Shown here piece after piece: positions 44,787 to 54,117 of a DNA stretch of 55,920 nt (positions are counted from its first letter, which is position 1; each line of letters begins with the position of its first letter). The notes under the pieces were generated by a model that was not told where the DNA came from, did not search any database, and saw only the letters and a list, made by a program, of their open reading frames with translations. Made by a program: the position numbers and the translations under genes. Source of the stretch: an uncultured Pyrinomonadaceae bacterium (GTDB lineage: Bacteria > Acidobacteriota > Blastocatellia > Pyrinomonadales > Pyrinomonadaceae); assembly GCA_902805935.1 (NCBI GenBank), contig CADCUR010000001.1, forward strand, positions 1 to 55,920, read 5' to 3'.

Positions 44787-46031
44787 ATGAATTTAAAGTT
44801 TCTCGCATTGCGCTTTGCCATAATCTTCTTGACAACCGCTTTTTCGGTTTCAGCGGTTCGCGCCGACGGTGAATACACCGGACAATTCGACACGAAACTC
44901 GTCGCTTTTACGGAAGATACTGAAAGAGTCATTTTCAAACCCGCATCGCGAGACAGTTTGCGCGGCAGCAAAGTGCCGGACGAGGCGGTTCATTTAACTT
45001 CCAATCGGCTAATCAATCCGGTCGGGGCTTCGCTCGTTGCGGTTCTGGTCGAAGAGCAGGACGCCAAGCCTTTGATTTTCGTTGATCTCAACGCCGACAA
45101 CAGTTTCGGCGATGACGAGAAATTCGCTCTGCGGCGCGAAGTGTCCGACAACCCGTATCTCTGGATAACGACGGTCAACGTGCCGATGAAAGACGGTTTT
45201 TTCACTCATTGCCCGATTTACATTCGTTATTTCAGGGATTATCAAACCGACAAAATGACGGTTGGCGATCGTCTGCTCGAACAGTCAACCGGAGTTCTCG
45301 CTCGCGGAACGGTTGACGTAAAAGGCAAAAAAGTTGCAGTCCAATATGCTTACGGTTTAGAAGATAAAAAAATAACGCCGAACATCGGCTGGCTCGGCAT
45401 TGACGCGGACGACGACGGCGAGATTGATATGAACAAACTTTCGCCCGAAGCCGCCCGCGCCGCCGACGAAACAATCGTTTTCCGCATCGGGCAAACTTAT
45501 CTTTCGACGAAAAAAGCCGATGTCGGAAGAAATCAAATCGTGCTGCGCGAGCATCAGGCGAAAGATTATAAACGTAAGGAACTCGCCGTCGGACGAGAGC
45601 TGCCTGATTTTTCGTTTGTTGATTTGGACGGTAAAAAGCGCCGGTTTTCCGAGTTTCGCGGCAAATACGTGCTGCTCGATTTCTGGGGTTTCTGGTGTCC
45701 GCCGTGTCTGAAGGAATTGCCGTATTTGCGCGAGGCATATAAGCGTTTTCAATCGAGAAACTTTGAAATCGTCGGAATGAACACCGATAAATACACGCCC
45801 GAATCAATCAAAAAAAATCTGGAACAAAACGGTATGACGTGGACGCAAGCGCGGCACGACAGCTTTATAAATTTAAAGGACTACGAATTCAGAATCGAAT
45901 CTTTCCCGACCACATTGCTGATTGCGCCCGACGGGAAAATTCTTTCATTAAGCCGCCAGGAAAAAGGCGAGCCGGATTTGCGCGGCAAAGATTTGCTTGA
46001 GACGCTCGACGAAATTCTACCGAAGAAATAA
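44787..46031 (+). CDS. Secreted thiol-disulfide oxidoreductase (TlpA/ResA-like redoxin) with a large N-terminal domain
   Basis: It has a signal peptide and a C-terminal thioredoxin fold with the active site FWGFWCPPC. Confidence 0.8.
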   Translation: MNLKFLALRFAIIFLTTAFSVSAVRADGEYTGQFDTKLVAFTEDTERVIFKPASRDSLRGSKVPDEAVHLTSNRLINPVGASLVAVLVEEQDAKPLIFVDLNADNSFGDDEKFALRREVSDNPYLWITTVNVPMKDGFFTHCPIYIRYFRDYQTDKMTVGDRLLEQSTGVLARGTVDVKGKKVAVQYAYGLEDKKITPNIGWLGIDADDDGEIDMNKLSPEAARAADETIVFRIGQTYLSTKKADVGRNQIVLREHQAKDYKRKELAVGRELPDFSFVDLDGKKRRFSEFRGKYVLLDFWGFWCPPCLKELPYLREAYKRFQSRNFEIVGMNTDKYTPESIKKNLEQNGMTWTQARHDSFINLKDYEFRIESFPTTLLIAPDGKILSLSRQEKGEPDLRGKDLLETLDEILPKK

Positions 46032-46100
46032 CTTCACCAGCGTTGAAAAATTTCCCGCGTTTGCGAGAAAAAAAACTTTCTAATAAACTAAAAGAGTTTC

Positions 46101-46172
46101 GCCCTTGTAGCTCAACGGTAGAGCGCGCGGCTCATAATCGCTCGGTTACAGGTTCGAATCCTGTCGAGGGCA
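46101..46172 (+). tRNA. tRNA with CAT anticodon (elongator Met, or Ile2 if lysidine-modified)
   Basis: It folds by hand into a cloverleaf. The acceptor stem is GCCCTTG/CGAGGGC (one G-U pair), with D arm GCTC..GAGC, anticodon loop CTCATAA and T arm ACAGG-TTCGAAT-CCTGT. The discriminator is A and no CCA is encoded. A G1-C72 pair and no GGG/CCC in the anticodon stem argue against an initiator. Confidence 0.85.
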
Positions 46173-46190
46173 TTCGCTTAAATTTTAGAA

Positions 46191-46220
46191 AAAGACAATC
46201 TGCAACGATTGTCTTTTTTT
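46191..46220 (+). terminator. Intrinsic terminator after the tRNA
   Basis: AAAGACAATC (46191-46200), loop TGCAAC, GATTGTCTTT (46207-46216), with the T run continuing to 46220. Confidence 0.8.
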
Positions 46221-46283
46221 AGCTGTTCGAGCCGGTAAAATAAACGGCAATCGTCCGAATTTATTTTACCGAGCTATAAATCT

Positions 46284-46682
46284 TTAATTCAAAATCATAA
46301 TTTTTCCTTCGCCCGTCACGACCGTTTCGCCGTTTTGATTCGTGCATACAGTTTCAATTGTGATAACGGGCTTGTCCTCGCGGATGTGCGCGACAGTCGC
46401 CGTCGCCGTTACCGTGTCATCAATAAAAACTGGCGCGACGAAACGCATCGTTTGCGACAAATAAACGACCTTGCGCTCTTTGAATTCGTAGCCGAGAACG
46501 GCGGAAATCAATGCGCCGGAAATCATTCCGTGCGCGATACGCCGCTTAAACCGCGTTTTGGCAGCAAACTCTTCGTCCAAATGAATCGGGTTGTAATCGC
46601 CCGACAGATCGGCGAAGGCGCGAACGACTGCATCGGTAATTTGTTTGGTGGTGGAGAATTTATCTCCGATTTTTAAGTCCAT
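46284..46682 (-). CDS. MaoC-like (R)-specific enoyl-CoA hydratase / hot-dog dehydratase
   Basis: 132 aa with the hydratase-2 motif region LSGDYNPIHLDEEFAAKTRFKRRIAHGM. Confidence 0.85.
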   Translation of the reverse strand: MDLKIGDKFSTTKQITDAVVRAFADLSGDYNPIHLDEEFAAKTRFKRRIAHGMISGALISAVLGYEFKERKVVYLSQTMRFVAPVFIDDTVTATATVAHIREDKPVITIETVCTNQNGETVVTGEGKIMILN

Positions 46683-46718
46683 AATTTTTTAGCCGCAGAA
46701 AACTTCGGAAGATTTTTT

Positions 46719-46937
46719 TCAGTGCGGGTGTTTGATTTTTATAATTTTCCCGTCTGAAAATCTCTTTCCAAAATTGTAAATCTTTTGATTTGCTCGGACA
46801 ACGAAACAACCGTCTTTGGTCGTTCGACGGTTATCTTTTATCAATTGAAAAACCTTTTCGTCGCGCGTCGAATCCGCGCAGTTTTCCAGTTCGATTTGAT
46901 TTGCTCGCGCGAAACTGCCGGCTTCCGCCTCGTTCAA
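46719..46937 (-). CDS. Hypothetical ORF, possibly a gene remnant
   Basis: 72 codons with a TTG start and no ribosome-binding site or motif. It is bounded upstream by a stop, and about 200 nt of non-coding DNA follow. Confidence 0.2.
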   Translation of the reverse strand: MNEAEAGSFARANQIELENCADSTRDEKVFQLIKDNRRTTKDGCFVVRANQKIYNFGKRFSDGKIIKIKHPH

Positions 46938-47140
46938 GGCGATAAGCGCGACCAGATAAATTTAGTCGTCTCCGAAGTGGAGCGCTCGACTTATCAAATG
47001 ATTTTCCTTCAAGAGATTTTCGAGCAAGACGGGCGCAGTGTTTTACCGTTCGATAAAACTATAGTCCTCTTTCCGGTTGATAGGGTCGAACCTTTTCGCT
47101 TATTCTAAAATCAAACAAATACTTTCCCGTAAACAACAAT

Positions 47141-49342
47141 ATGAAAAAAATTAAATGGTTATTCGTTGCGGTTTTCGTTTTTTCTTCGATTGCTTTCGCG
47201 CAAGAAAAGTTATTAACGATTGAAGAGATTTTCGGCGATGCAAAAACTCGCGTCGCCTTTAGCGGCAAGCCGACTTTCGGAATGCGCTGGATGGTTGACG
47301 GCACTTCTTATTTTCAAATGCAGCCTGTAGGCGAAGGCGGGCAGCTCGGACTTTACCGCATTGATGCCAAAACCAACAGTTCGGCGCTTTTCTACGATGC
47401 GGCGAAACTCGAAGCGGCTCTCGCCGTCGCCGGTCTGAAAGCAGACGAGGCGAAAAAACTAGCCGGTCAGACGAATTTCAGTTTTAACCGAACACAGACG
47501 GCAACGATTTTAAACTCGAACAACGATTTGTATTTTTACGATTTTTCAAGCGGCGCGGCGAAACGTTTGACGAGCGACGCGGCGGAAGAATTGGAAGCCG
47601 ATTTTTCGCCGGACGGTAAAATGGTCAGTTTCGTGCGCGGCAACAATCTTTACGCGGTTGATGTCAAGAGCGGCAAGGAAACGCAGTTGACGCGAGACGG
47701 CGCGGAAAAGTTTTTCAACGGCACGCTCGTCTGGGTTTATGAAGAAGAGCTTTACGGTCGCGGCAACAAGCGCGGCTACTGGTGGTCCCCGGATTCAAGC
47801 GCGATTGCTTTCCTCAGAACCGACGAGACGCCGGTGCAGAATTTCGTCGTCGTCAATCACGAAAAAACTTATCAAACCGTCGAAAACACGCCGTATCCGA
47901 AAGCCGGAGCGCCGAACCCGACCGTGAAACTCGGCATCGCGGAAATCAAAAACGGCGCGGTGCAGTTTGTTGACACGACGAATTATAAACCGGAAGATTT
48001 TTTGATTTCGCGCGTTGACTGGTCACCCGATTCAAAGCGTGTCGTTTATCAAGCGCAAAACCGCGAGCAGACTTTTCTTGATTTGAACGCGGCGGACAGA
48101 ACGTCCGGCAAAACCGTAACGCTTTTCAAGGAAACTTCACCAGCTTGGGTCGAAGTCGTTGATAATCCGAAATGGCTTAAAGACGGCTCATTCGTTTGGG
48201 AATCGGCGCGCAACGGCTGGAAACATCTTTATCATTTTGCAGCGGACGGCAAATTGATTCGACCGCTGACGAGCGGCGATTGGGAAGTGCGAGATTTTTA
48301 CGGCGCAGACGAAAAAAGCGGTTTCGCGTATTTTTCGGCGACCGCCTTTAACACGACCGCGCCGCAAATCTACCGTGTCAAACTCGACGGCACGGATTTA
48401 AAGAGAATCTCGACCGGCGATGGTTCGCACGCGGCTTCGTTTAATTCTGCCTTCACACATTTCGTTGATACTTACAGCGAGCCGATGACTCCATCGCAAA
48501 CTCGCCTTTACAAAGCCGACGGAACGCTTGAACGAATTATCAACGAAAATAAAGTCGAAGTTTTGTCGCAGTATAAATTGAGCCGACCGGAATTTACGCG
48601 CGTCAAAACGCGAGATAATTTTGAACTCGAAGCGATGATGATAAAACCGCCGGACTTTGACCAAAGCAAAAAATACCCGGTAATGACTTTCGTTTATTCG
48701 GGTCCGCATGCACCGCAGGTTCGCAACAGTTGGGGCGGCACGACCGGAATGTGGTATCAGATGCTCGCGCAGAACGGCTACATTATTTGGGTGATTGACA
48801 ACCGCACAGCTTCGGGCAAAGGCGTAAAATCGGAATATGGACTTTACAAAAACTTCGGCGAAACCGAGTTAAAAGATTTAGAGGAAGGCGTGAGCTATCT
48901 GAAATCTCTGCCCTATGTTGACGGCTCGCGCATCGGGATTTCCGGCTGGAGCTTCGGCGGTTATATGACGGCATACGCTTTGACGCACAGCAAAAATTTC
49001 AAAATCGGCATTGCTGGCGGAACGGTTTCCGATTGGAGTTTATATGATTCGATTTATACCGAACGTTATATGGGAACGCCGCAAAACAACCCGGAAGGCT
49101 ACCGAAAGTCTTCGGTGTTGGCGGCGGCAAAAGATTTGAGCGGAAAATTGTTGCTCGTTCACGGCGTGATTGACGATAACGTGCATCTGCAAAATACCAT
49201 GCAGCTTGTTTACGAATTGCAGAAAGCCGGAAAACAGTTTGATTTGATGCTCTACCCGACGGCGCGGCACGGCGTGACGAATCCGCTTCAGGTCAAACAT
49301 ATGCGGCAGATGATGACGGATTTTATTTTGAAAAATCTTTGA
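47141..49342 (+). CDS. Dipeptidyl-peptidase IV-like serine peptidase (S9B): DPP-IV N-terminal propeller + prolyl-oligopeptidase catalytic domain
   Basis: It has a signal peptide and propeller-region motifs (WSPDS, DWSPDSKR). The catalytic Ser motif is GWSFGGY, with C-terminal Asp/His regions (VHGVIDDNVH, ARHG). Confidence 0.88.
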   Translation: MKKIKWLFVAVFVFSSIAFAQEKLLTIEEIFGDAKTRVAFSGKPTFGMRWMVDGTSYFQMQPVGEGGQLGLYRIDAKTNSSALFYDAAKLEAALAVAGLKADEAKKLAGQTNFSFNRTQTATILNSNNDLYFYDFSSGAAKRLTSDAAEELEADFSPDGKMVSFVRGNNLYAVDVKSGKETQLTRDGAEKFFNGTLVWVYEEELYGRGNKRGYWWSPDSSAIAFLRTDETPVQNFVVVNHEKTYQTVENTPYPKAGAPNPTVKLGIAEIKNGAVQFVDTTNYKPEDFLISRVDWSPDSKRVVYQAQNREQTFLDLNAADRTSGKTVTLFKETSPAWVEVVDNPKWLKDGSFVWESARNGWKHLYHFAADGKLIRPLTSGDWEVRDFYGADEKSGFAYFSATAFNTTAPQIYRVKLDGTDLKRISTGDGSHAASFNSAFTHFVDTYSEPMTPSQTRLYKADGTLERIINENKVEVLSQYKLSRPEFTRVKTRDNFELEAMMIKPPDFDQSKKYPVMTFVYSGPHAPQVRNSWGGTTGMWYQMLAQNGYIIWVIDNRTASGKGVKSEYGLYKNFGETELKDLEEGVSYLKSLPYVDGSRIGISGWSFGGYMTAYALTHSKNFKIGIAGGTVSDWSLYDSIYTERYMGTPQNNPEGYRKSSVLAAAKDLSGKLLLVHGVIDDNVHLQNTMQLVYELQKAGKQFDLMLYPTARHGVTNPLQVKHMRQMMTDFILKNL

Positions 49343-49352
49343 TTCGGAAATA

Positions 49353-49418
49353 AAATTTAACTCAAAAGAAAAACGGCGAAGCGTTTCTGCTTCGCCGTTT
49401 TTCTTTTGAGTTAAATTT
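49353..49418. terminator. Perfect 30-bp hairpin between convergent DPP-IV and slt-like genes
   Basis: AAATTTAACTCAAAAGAAAAACGGCGAAGC (49353-49382), loop GTTTCT, exact reverse complement at 49389-49418. Confidence 0.85.
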
Positions 49419-49423
49419 ATTTG

Positions 49424-51772
49424 TTATTCCGCTTTGTCGTCCAAAACGATTTCGGGAAACTCCTGCGCGAACTGCTCGCGCGGTTTTTCGTCAATCGCTC
49501 CGCGCAGCGGGCGTGACCCAACGTTCGATTTAAAGTTTCCGTTTTCGTCGTAAAGCCGACGATACTGCGCCGAATTGCGGATTACGCCCTGCACGTAGCC
49601 TTTCGTTTCGCGGAACGGAATCGCTTCGACGAATTCGTCCATCTCAAACGGCAACGCCGCTCGCCATTGCGGAACTCTGCCCGGTCCGGCATTATAGGCG
49701 ACCGCCATATATTCGATGCGTCCGAATTTGTCGAGCTGGTCGCGCATATACGCCGTGCCGAGTTCGATGTTCAGCGCGGGCTGAAACAAACTCTCGCCGG
49801 TAATATCAAATGAATTTCCGTATTTCCTCGCCGTCGCCCGCGCCGTCGGAATTAAAAGCTGCATCAAGCCATAAGCGTTTGCGCCGGATTTGGCTCGCGG
49901 GTTAAAAACCGATTCCTGGCGAATCAAACCGGCGACTTGATATGCGTCGAGGTTGCGGCTTTTCGCCCAAAATTTGATGTCGTTCCAATTTGTCAGCGGA
50001 TAAAAAAAGTTCCATTCTTCGCGTCCCATTTCCTCGGGGAACATCTGCGCGTAATCGGGATAACTTTTCGCCAGCGCGAGCAGCGCGTTCGTGTTGTCGC
50101 CGCGGAAACGATAATAACGCGCCAGCGCGAGATTGATTTTCGGGCTGTTAGACGCAGTTTTTTTGGCTTCCTGCAGCTCTTCAAACGCCCAATCGAAAAG
50201 TCCGACCGTGCCGAGTTCGTCCGCGTTTTCGGCGCGCGCCGATTCTCGTTCGGCGGCGGTTTCCGCCGCGACCGTCACGGTTTTTAAGTTGGCGACGGCT
50301 TTGCCGACTGTCGAATCGGCGGCAAACTGCGCGGGCGTTTGGCATTTTCCCTGACCGCGCAAATTCGTCAGACGCTGCAGCGCGAGATAACCATACCAAT
50401 TCGCCGCGTAGCGATAAATCACCGCCTCGTAAAGCGCGCACGCTTCGTTGATTTTCGCCGCCCTTTCGGAATCGCGCGCCGACCAGTAACCGGCTTTGCC
50501 GCGATTCGTCGTGTCTTTGTCGGCGTATCTGGCTAGATGTTCGGTGAGCATCTGCGAGGCGAGCGCGAAGTTTTTGTTATCGTGTTCGAGCCAGGCGAGT
50601 TCAAATTGCGCTCCGGCAACTTCCGCCGCGTTTGGATAAGAGGCGACCGCCGACCGCAAAAAGTAAGAAGCGTCCGCCGTGTTTTTCGCGTCGCGCGCCG
50701 CCGTTCCGACGGCGACAAAGGTTTTCGCTGTCCAATCGCTCACAGGGAATTTGCCGCGCATTTCTTCGGCGACGGTTCGCGCCTGCTGCCATTCTCTCGC
50801 TTTGGCGTAGGCGAGCGCGAGCTGGTAATACGCTTCGGCTTTTTCATTTGCCGACGTCGGAATTTGATTAAACGCGCTATTAGCTTCAGACGTTTTTCGT
50901 AAATTTGCGAAAGCCGTCAGGCGCTTTAAATTTGTCTGCGCCGAATTCTGATTCGGAAAACTCGTCAGCAAAGTCGTATAAGCGTTCGCGGCTTCGGCAT
51001 AGTTTTTTTGGTCGTAAAATTTATCGGCGCGAGTTTTTATTTCTTCAGCCGTCTGCGCAGTTAGGCTTTGTCCAAGAGAAATCAGTCTTGCTTCCGCTTC
51101 CCGGCTCGCTTGCGTGCCTGCGGCGTGAAAATAAGCGCGGCGGTAAAAGTTTGCCGCTTGCTGTTGGTTGATTTGCTGTTCGTAAGATTTAGCCGTCACG
51201 AGCAGCGCGTCGGCGTCGTTTTGACCAATTAAATCCTTTAAAAATTCGGGAACTTGCGCGGCTTGCCCCGATTGCATCGCGCCCTGCGCCCAAAGAAGTT
51301 TCGCGTCGCGCCGTTTCAGCGAATCGGGAAAATCGCGGACGAGTTCGGCAAACGCCTTCATCGCTTCTGTTTGATTGCCCGCCTGTTGCAGAGATTTTCC
51401 GCGCAGCCACAAAGCGTAATCGGCGACGGTGGTTTTTTCGCGGAACACATTCGACGCTAGAATCTGCGCCGCGCCGCCGAAATCATTCGTCTCGTAACGA
51501 ATCCGCGCCCGCAGCAATTTCGCCAGCGCGCCGGTTCTGGTTTCGGAAAATTTATTTTCGACGTCCAGCACCGCCGCTTCCGACGGCAGCTTGCCGTCTT
51601 TCGTCAGCAAGCGCAAAATCTGCGCGGCTTGTTCTTCCGTCATCTGCGAAACAAAAGCCGAACAGCTCGTCGTCAGAGGCGCGAGCAGCAAACCCGCTGC
51701 CAGAAGAAAAATCGTTAAAAGCGAAATTGAACCGAGGCGTGTATTTCTATGCGACATTGTTTTTTGAATCAT
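49424..51772 (-). CDS. slt: Soluble lytic murein transglycosylase (Slt70-like): superhelical TPR-like N-terminal region + SLT domain
   Basis: The C-terminal SLT catalytic motifs are GLIRQESVFNPRAKSGANAYGLMQL and AYNAGPG. The ATG at 51772 (MIQKTMSHRN...) has a GGGAG ribosome-binding site and a signal sequence. Confidence 0.85.
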   Translation of the reverse strand: MIQKTMSHRNTRLGSISLLTIFLLAAGLLLAPLTTSCSAFVSQMTEEQAAQILRLLTKDGKLPSEAAVLDVENKFSETRTGALAKLLRARIRYETNDFGGAAQILASNVFREKTTVADYALWLRGKSLQQAGNQTEAMKAFAELVRDFPDSLKRRDAKLLWAQGAMQSGQAAQVPEFLKDLIGQNDADALLVTAKSYEQQINQQQAANFYRRAYFHAAGTQASREAEARLISLGQSLTAQTAEEIKTRADKFYDQKNYAEAANAYTTLLTSFPNQNSAQTNLKRLTAFANLRKTSEANSAFNQIPTSANEKAEAYYQLALAYAKAREWQQARTVAEEMRGKFPVSDWTAKTFVAVGTAARDAKNTADASYFLRSAVASYPNAAEVAGAQFELAWLEHDNKNFALASQMLTEHLARYADKDTTNRGKAGYWSARDSERAAKINEACALYEAVIYRYAANWYGYLALQRLTNLRGQGKCQTPAQFAADSTVGKAVANLKTVTVAAETAAERESARAENADELGTVGLFDWAFEELQEAKKTASNSPKINLALARYYRFRGDNTNALLALAKSYPDYAQMFPEEMGREEWNFFYPLTNWNDIKFWAKSRNLDAYQVAGLIRQESVFNPRAKSGANAYGLMQLLIPTARATARKYGNSFDITGESLFQPALNIELGTAYMRDQLDKFGRIEYMAVAYNAGPGRVPQWRAALPFEMDEFVEAIPFRETKGYVQGVIRNSAQYRRLYDENGNFKSNVGSRPLRGAIDEKPREQFAQEFPEIVLDDKAE

Positions 51773-51867
51773 CACTCCCGAAATTCTTTGATGCGAAAAA
51801 TGCTTTTCAAGCAATCAAATACACTTTATAATACCAAAGAAATATCGGTTACGAGGAACTATTTGAT

Positions 51868-54021
51868 ATGAAGAATATTATACTCACGCTTGCTTTTTGT
51901 TTTTTGTCAGTTTCGTTTAATCTCGCGCAAACGCCAACGCCGACGCCGATTTCGGTCGAGGACGAAGACGTTGTGAAAATTTCGACGACGCTGATTCAGA
52001 TTGACGCGACCGTCACAGACAAAAACGGCAAAATCATCCGCGATTTGAAGCCGGAAGATTTTGAAGTTTACGAAAACGGCGAGCGGCAGGACATCACGAA
52101 TTTTTCGTTTGTCGCCGCCGGTTCAGAACCCGTTCAAACGCCGGTCGTGCCGAAGAGAACAGAGAAAAATTCCGTTCCCGTGCCGCCCGTTTCGCTCAGA
52201 CCCGAACAAGTTCGCCGGACGATTGCGCTGGTCGTTGACGACCTCGGGCTGTCGTTTGAAAGCGTGTATCAAGTGCGCCGCGCGCTGCGCAAGTTTGTTG
52301 ACGAACAGATGCAGCCGAACGATTTGGTGGCGATTATCCGCACCGGCGGCGGAGCCGGCGCGCTGCAGCAATTTACTTCAAATAGGCAGCAGCTCTACGC
52401 CGCCATCGAAGCGGTTAAATGGAATTCGCTGGGGCGCGGCGGAATCGGCGCATTCGCGCCGCTCGAAGCGACGCCGCTCGAACAATCGAAAGCCGCGGGA
52501 AATAATGTCTCAGAAGAAGACCTCGAAGAAGAACAAAAACAGCTTAAAGGGTTTAACGATTTTCGAGAAGATATTTTTTCGGTCGGAACTTTGGGAGCGA
52601 TAAATTTTATCGTCAAGGGAATGGGCGACTTGCCGGGAAGAAAATCAATTATGCTTTTCTCCGACGGCTTTGCCATCTGCTCGCCCGACAATCCCGACCG
52701 CTGCGCGCGAATCGTTGATTCGGTGCGGCAACTCACCGATTTATCAAACCGTGCCGCCGTTTCGATTTATACGTTCGACGCCCGCGGACTTTTAACTACC
52801 GGTTTGACGGCGGCGGATAATACGAGCGACGTCTCCGCCGAGCGCGTTCAAAATTTGAACAGTTCTCGTTCGGCTGAAATTTTCGATAAACAAGACGGTT
52901 TGGCTTATCTGGCGGAAGAAACCGGCGGACGGACATTTTTCAACAGCAACGACATCAACAGAGGTTTAGACAAAGCTCTCGAAGACCAAAACGGTTATTA
53001 TTTAATCGGGTATCAGCCCGACGGCGAAACGTTCGACGCGAAAACCAGGCGTTTTAACCGACTCGAAATAAAAGTCGCGCGGAAGGGAGCGAACGTTCGT
53101 TACCGAAGCGGATTTTTCGGCATCACCGACGACCAAATCAAAAAAACGCCGAATCAAACCGCCACGCAGCAAATCCACACGGCGCTGACTTCGCCGTTTG
53201 CGGCGAGCGGCGTTGCCCTGCGCCTCAACACGCTTTTCGGAAACGACAAAGAACAAGGCTCGTTCGTGCGCTCGTTGCTGCACGTCAACGCTAAAGATTT
53301 GAAATTCACCGATGAAGCCGACGGCGGCAAAAAGGCGGTCTTCGACGTGCTGGCGATGAGCTTTGGCGAAAACGGCGCTCCCGTTGACCAGATCGCCAAA
53401 ACTTACACGATGAACGTCAAAGGCGACGCTTACGAAAAACTCATCAATGACGGGTTCGTTTATTATTTCACTTTGCCCGTCAAAAAACCGGGCGCGTATC
53501 AATACCGCGTGGCGATTCGTGATAACGCTTCGGGACGACTCGGCTCGGCAAATCAGTTTATCGAAGTTCCGAATCTGAAGAAGAATTATCTGACCGTTTC
53601 GGGGATTGTGCTGGAAAATCTGACCGCCGCGCAATGGCAGAAACTTGCTGCCGCGCCGGAAAATAAGCAACCGAATCAGACCGATCCGATGAGCGACACA
53701 TCGCGCCGAAGATTCGCGCGCGGCTCAATTCTGCGTTACGGTTACGAAATTTATAACGCGCGGCTCGACGCCGCACAAAAGCCGAATCTGTCGGCGCAGT
53801 TGAAAGTTTTCCGCGACGGCAAACCAATTCTCGAAGGCAAAAACGTGCCGCTCGAATTAGCCGACCAAACCGACCGACAACGCTTCAAAGCCACCGGCGC
53901 GTTGAGCTTGGGCAGCGAAATGCAGGCAGGCGAATACGTTTTGCAAATCATCATAACGGACAATCTGGCGAAAAGAAAACGGCAAATTGCCGCGCAGTTC
54001 GTTCAGTTTGAAATTCAATAA
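51868..54021 (+). CDS. Secreted VWA-domain protein (Acidobacteria-type VWFA-related family)
   Basis: 717 aa with a signal peptide. The VWA-like beta-strand and MIDAS region are IALVVDDLGLSFES ... LVAIIRTGG ... IMLFSDG. The overall layout matches the large VWA proteins common in Acidobacteria, judged from memory. Confidence 0.7.
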   Translation: MKNIILTLAFCFLSVSFNLAQTPTPTPISVEDEDVVKISTTLIQIDATVTDKNGKIIRDLKPEDFEVYENGERQDITNFSFVAAGSEPVQTPVVPKRTEKNSVPVPPVSLRPEQVRRTIALVVDDLGLSFESVYQVRRALRKFVDEQMQPNDLVAIIRTGGGAGALQQFTSNRQQLYAAIEAVKWNSLGRGGIGAFAPLEATPLEQSKAAGNNVSEEDLEEEQKQLKGFNDFREDIFSVGTLGAINFIVKGMGDLPGRKSIMLFSDGFAICSPDNPDRCARIVDSVRQLTDLSNRAAVSIYTFDARGLLTTGLTAADNTSDVSAERVQNLNSSRSAEIFDKQDGLAYLAEETGGRTFFNSNDINRGLDKALEDQNGYYLIGYQPDGETFDAKTRRFNRLEIKVARKGANVRYRSGFFGITDDQIKKTPNQTATQQIHTALTSPFAASGVALRLNTLFGNDKEQGSFVRSLLHVNAKDLKFTDEADGGKKAVFDVLAMSFGENGAPVDQIAKTYTMNVKGDAYEKLINDGFVYYFTLPVKKPGAYQYRVAIRDNASGRLGSANQFIEVPNLKKNYLTVSGIVLENLTAAQWQKLAAAPENKQPNQTDPMSDTSRRRFARGSILRYGYEIYNARLDAAQKPNLSAQLKVFRDGKPILEGKNVPLELADQTDRQRFKATGALSLGSEMQAGEYVLQIIITDNLAKRKRQIAAQFVQFEIQ

Positions 54022-54042
54022 AGCAAAATGTAAAAGCCTTTC

Positions 54043-54110
54043 AGATAAAAAGTAAAAGCCGTCTAAAATAAACATTCAAATTTATTTTAGACGGCTTTTA
54101 CTTTTTATCT
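54043..54110. terminator. Perfect 30-bp hairpin between the convergent VWA gene and the following hypothetical gene
   Basis: AGATAAAAAGTAAAAGCCGTCTAAAATAAA (54043-54072), loop CATTCAAA, exact reverse complement at 54081-54110. Confidence 0.85.
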
Positions 54111-54117
54111 TTTGCTT

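Noticed and set aside
44474-44971. 165-codon minus-strand ORF spanning the POT/TlpA intergenic region
   Set aside because: It runs through a plus-strand terminator and the signal-peptide region of the TlpA-like gene. It has low complexity and no start context.
46101-46172. Initiator tRNA-fMet assignment for the CAT-anticodon tRNA
   Set aside because: Positions 1 and 72 form a G-C pair, whereas bacterial initiators have a C-A mismatch there. The anticodon stem also lacks the three consecutive G-C pairs. I therefore called it an elongator Met or a lysidine-type Ile tRNA.
53002-53670. 222-codon minus-strand ORF inside the VWA gene
   Set aside because: It is antisense to a long ORF with a signal peptide and VWA motifs. 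It has no motif or ribosome-binding site of its own.
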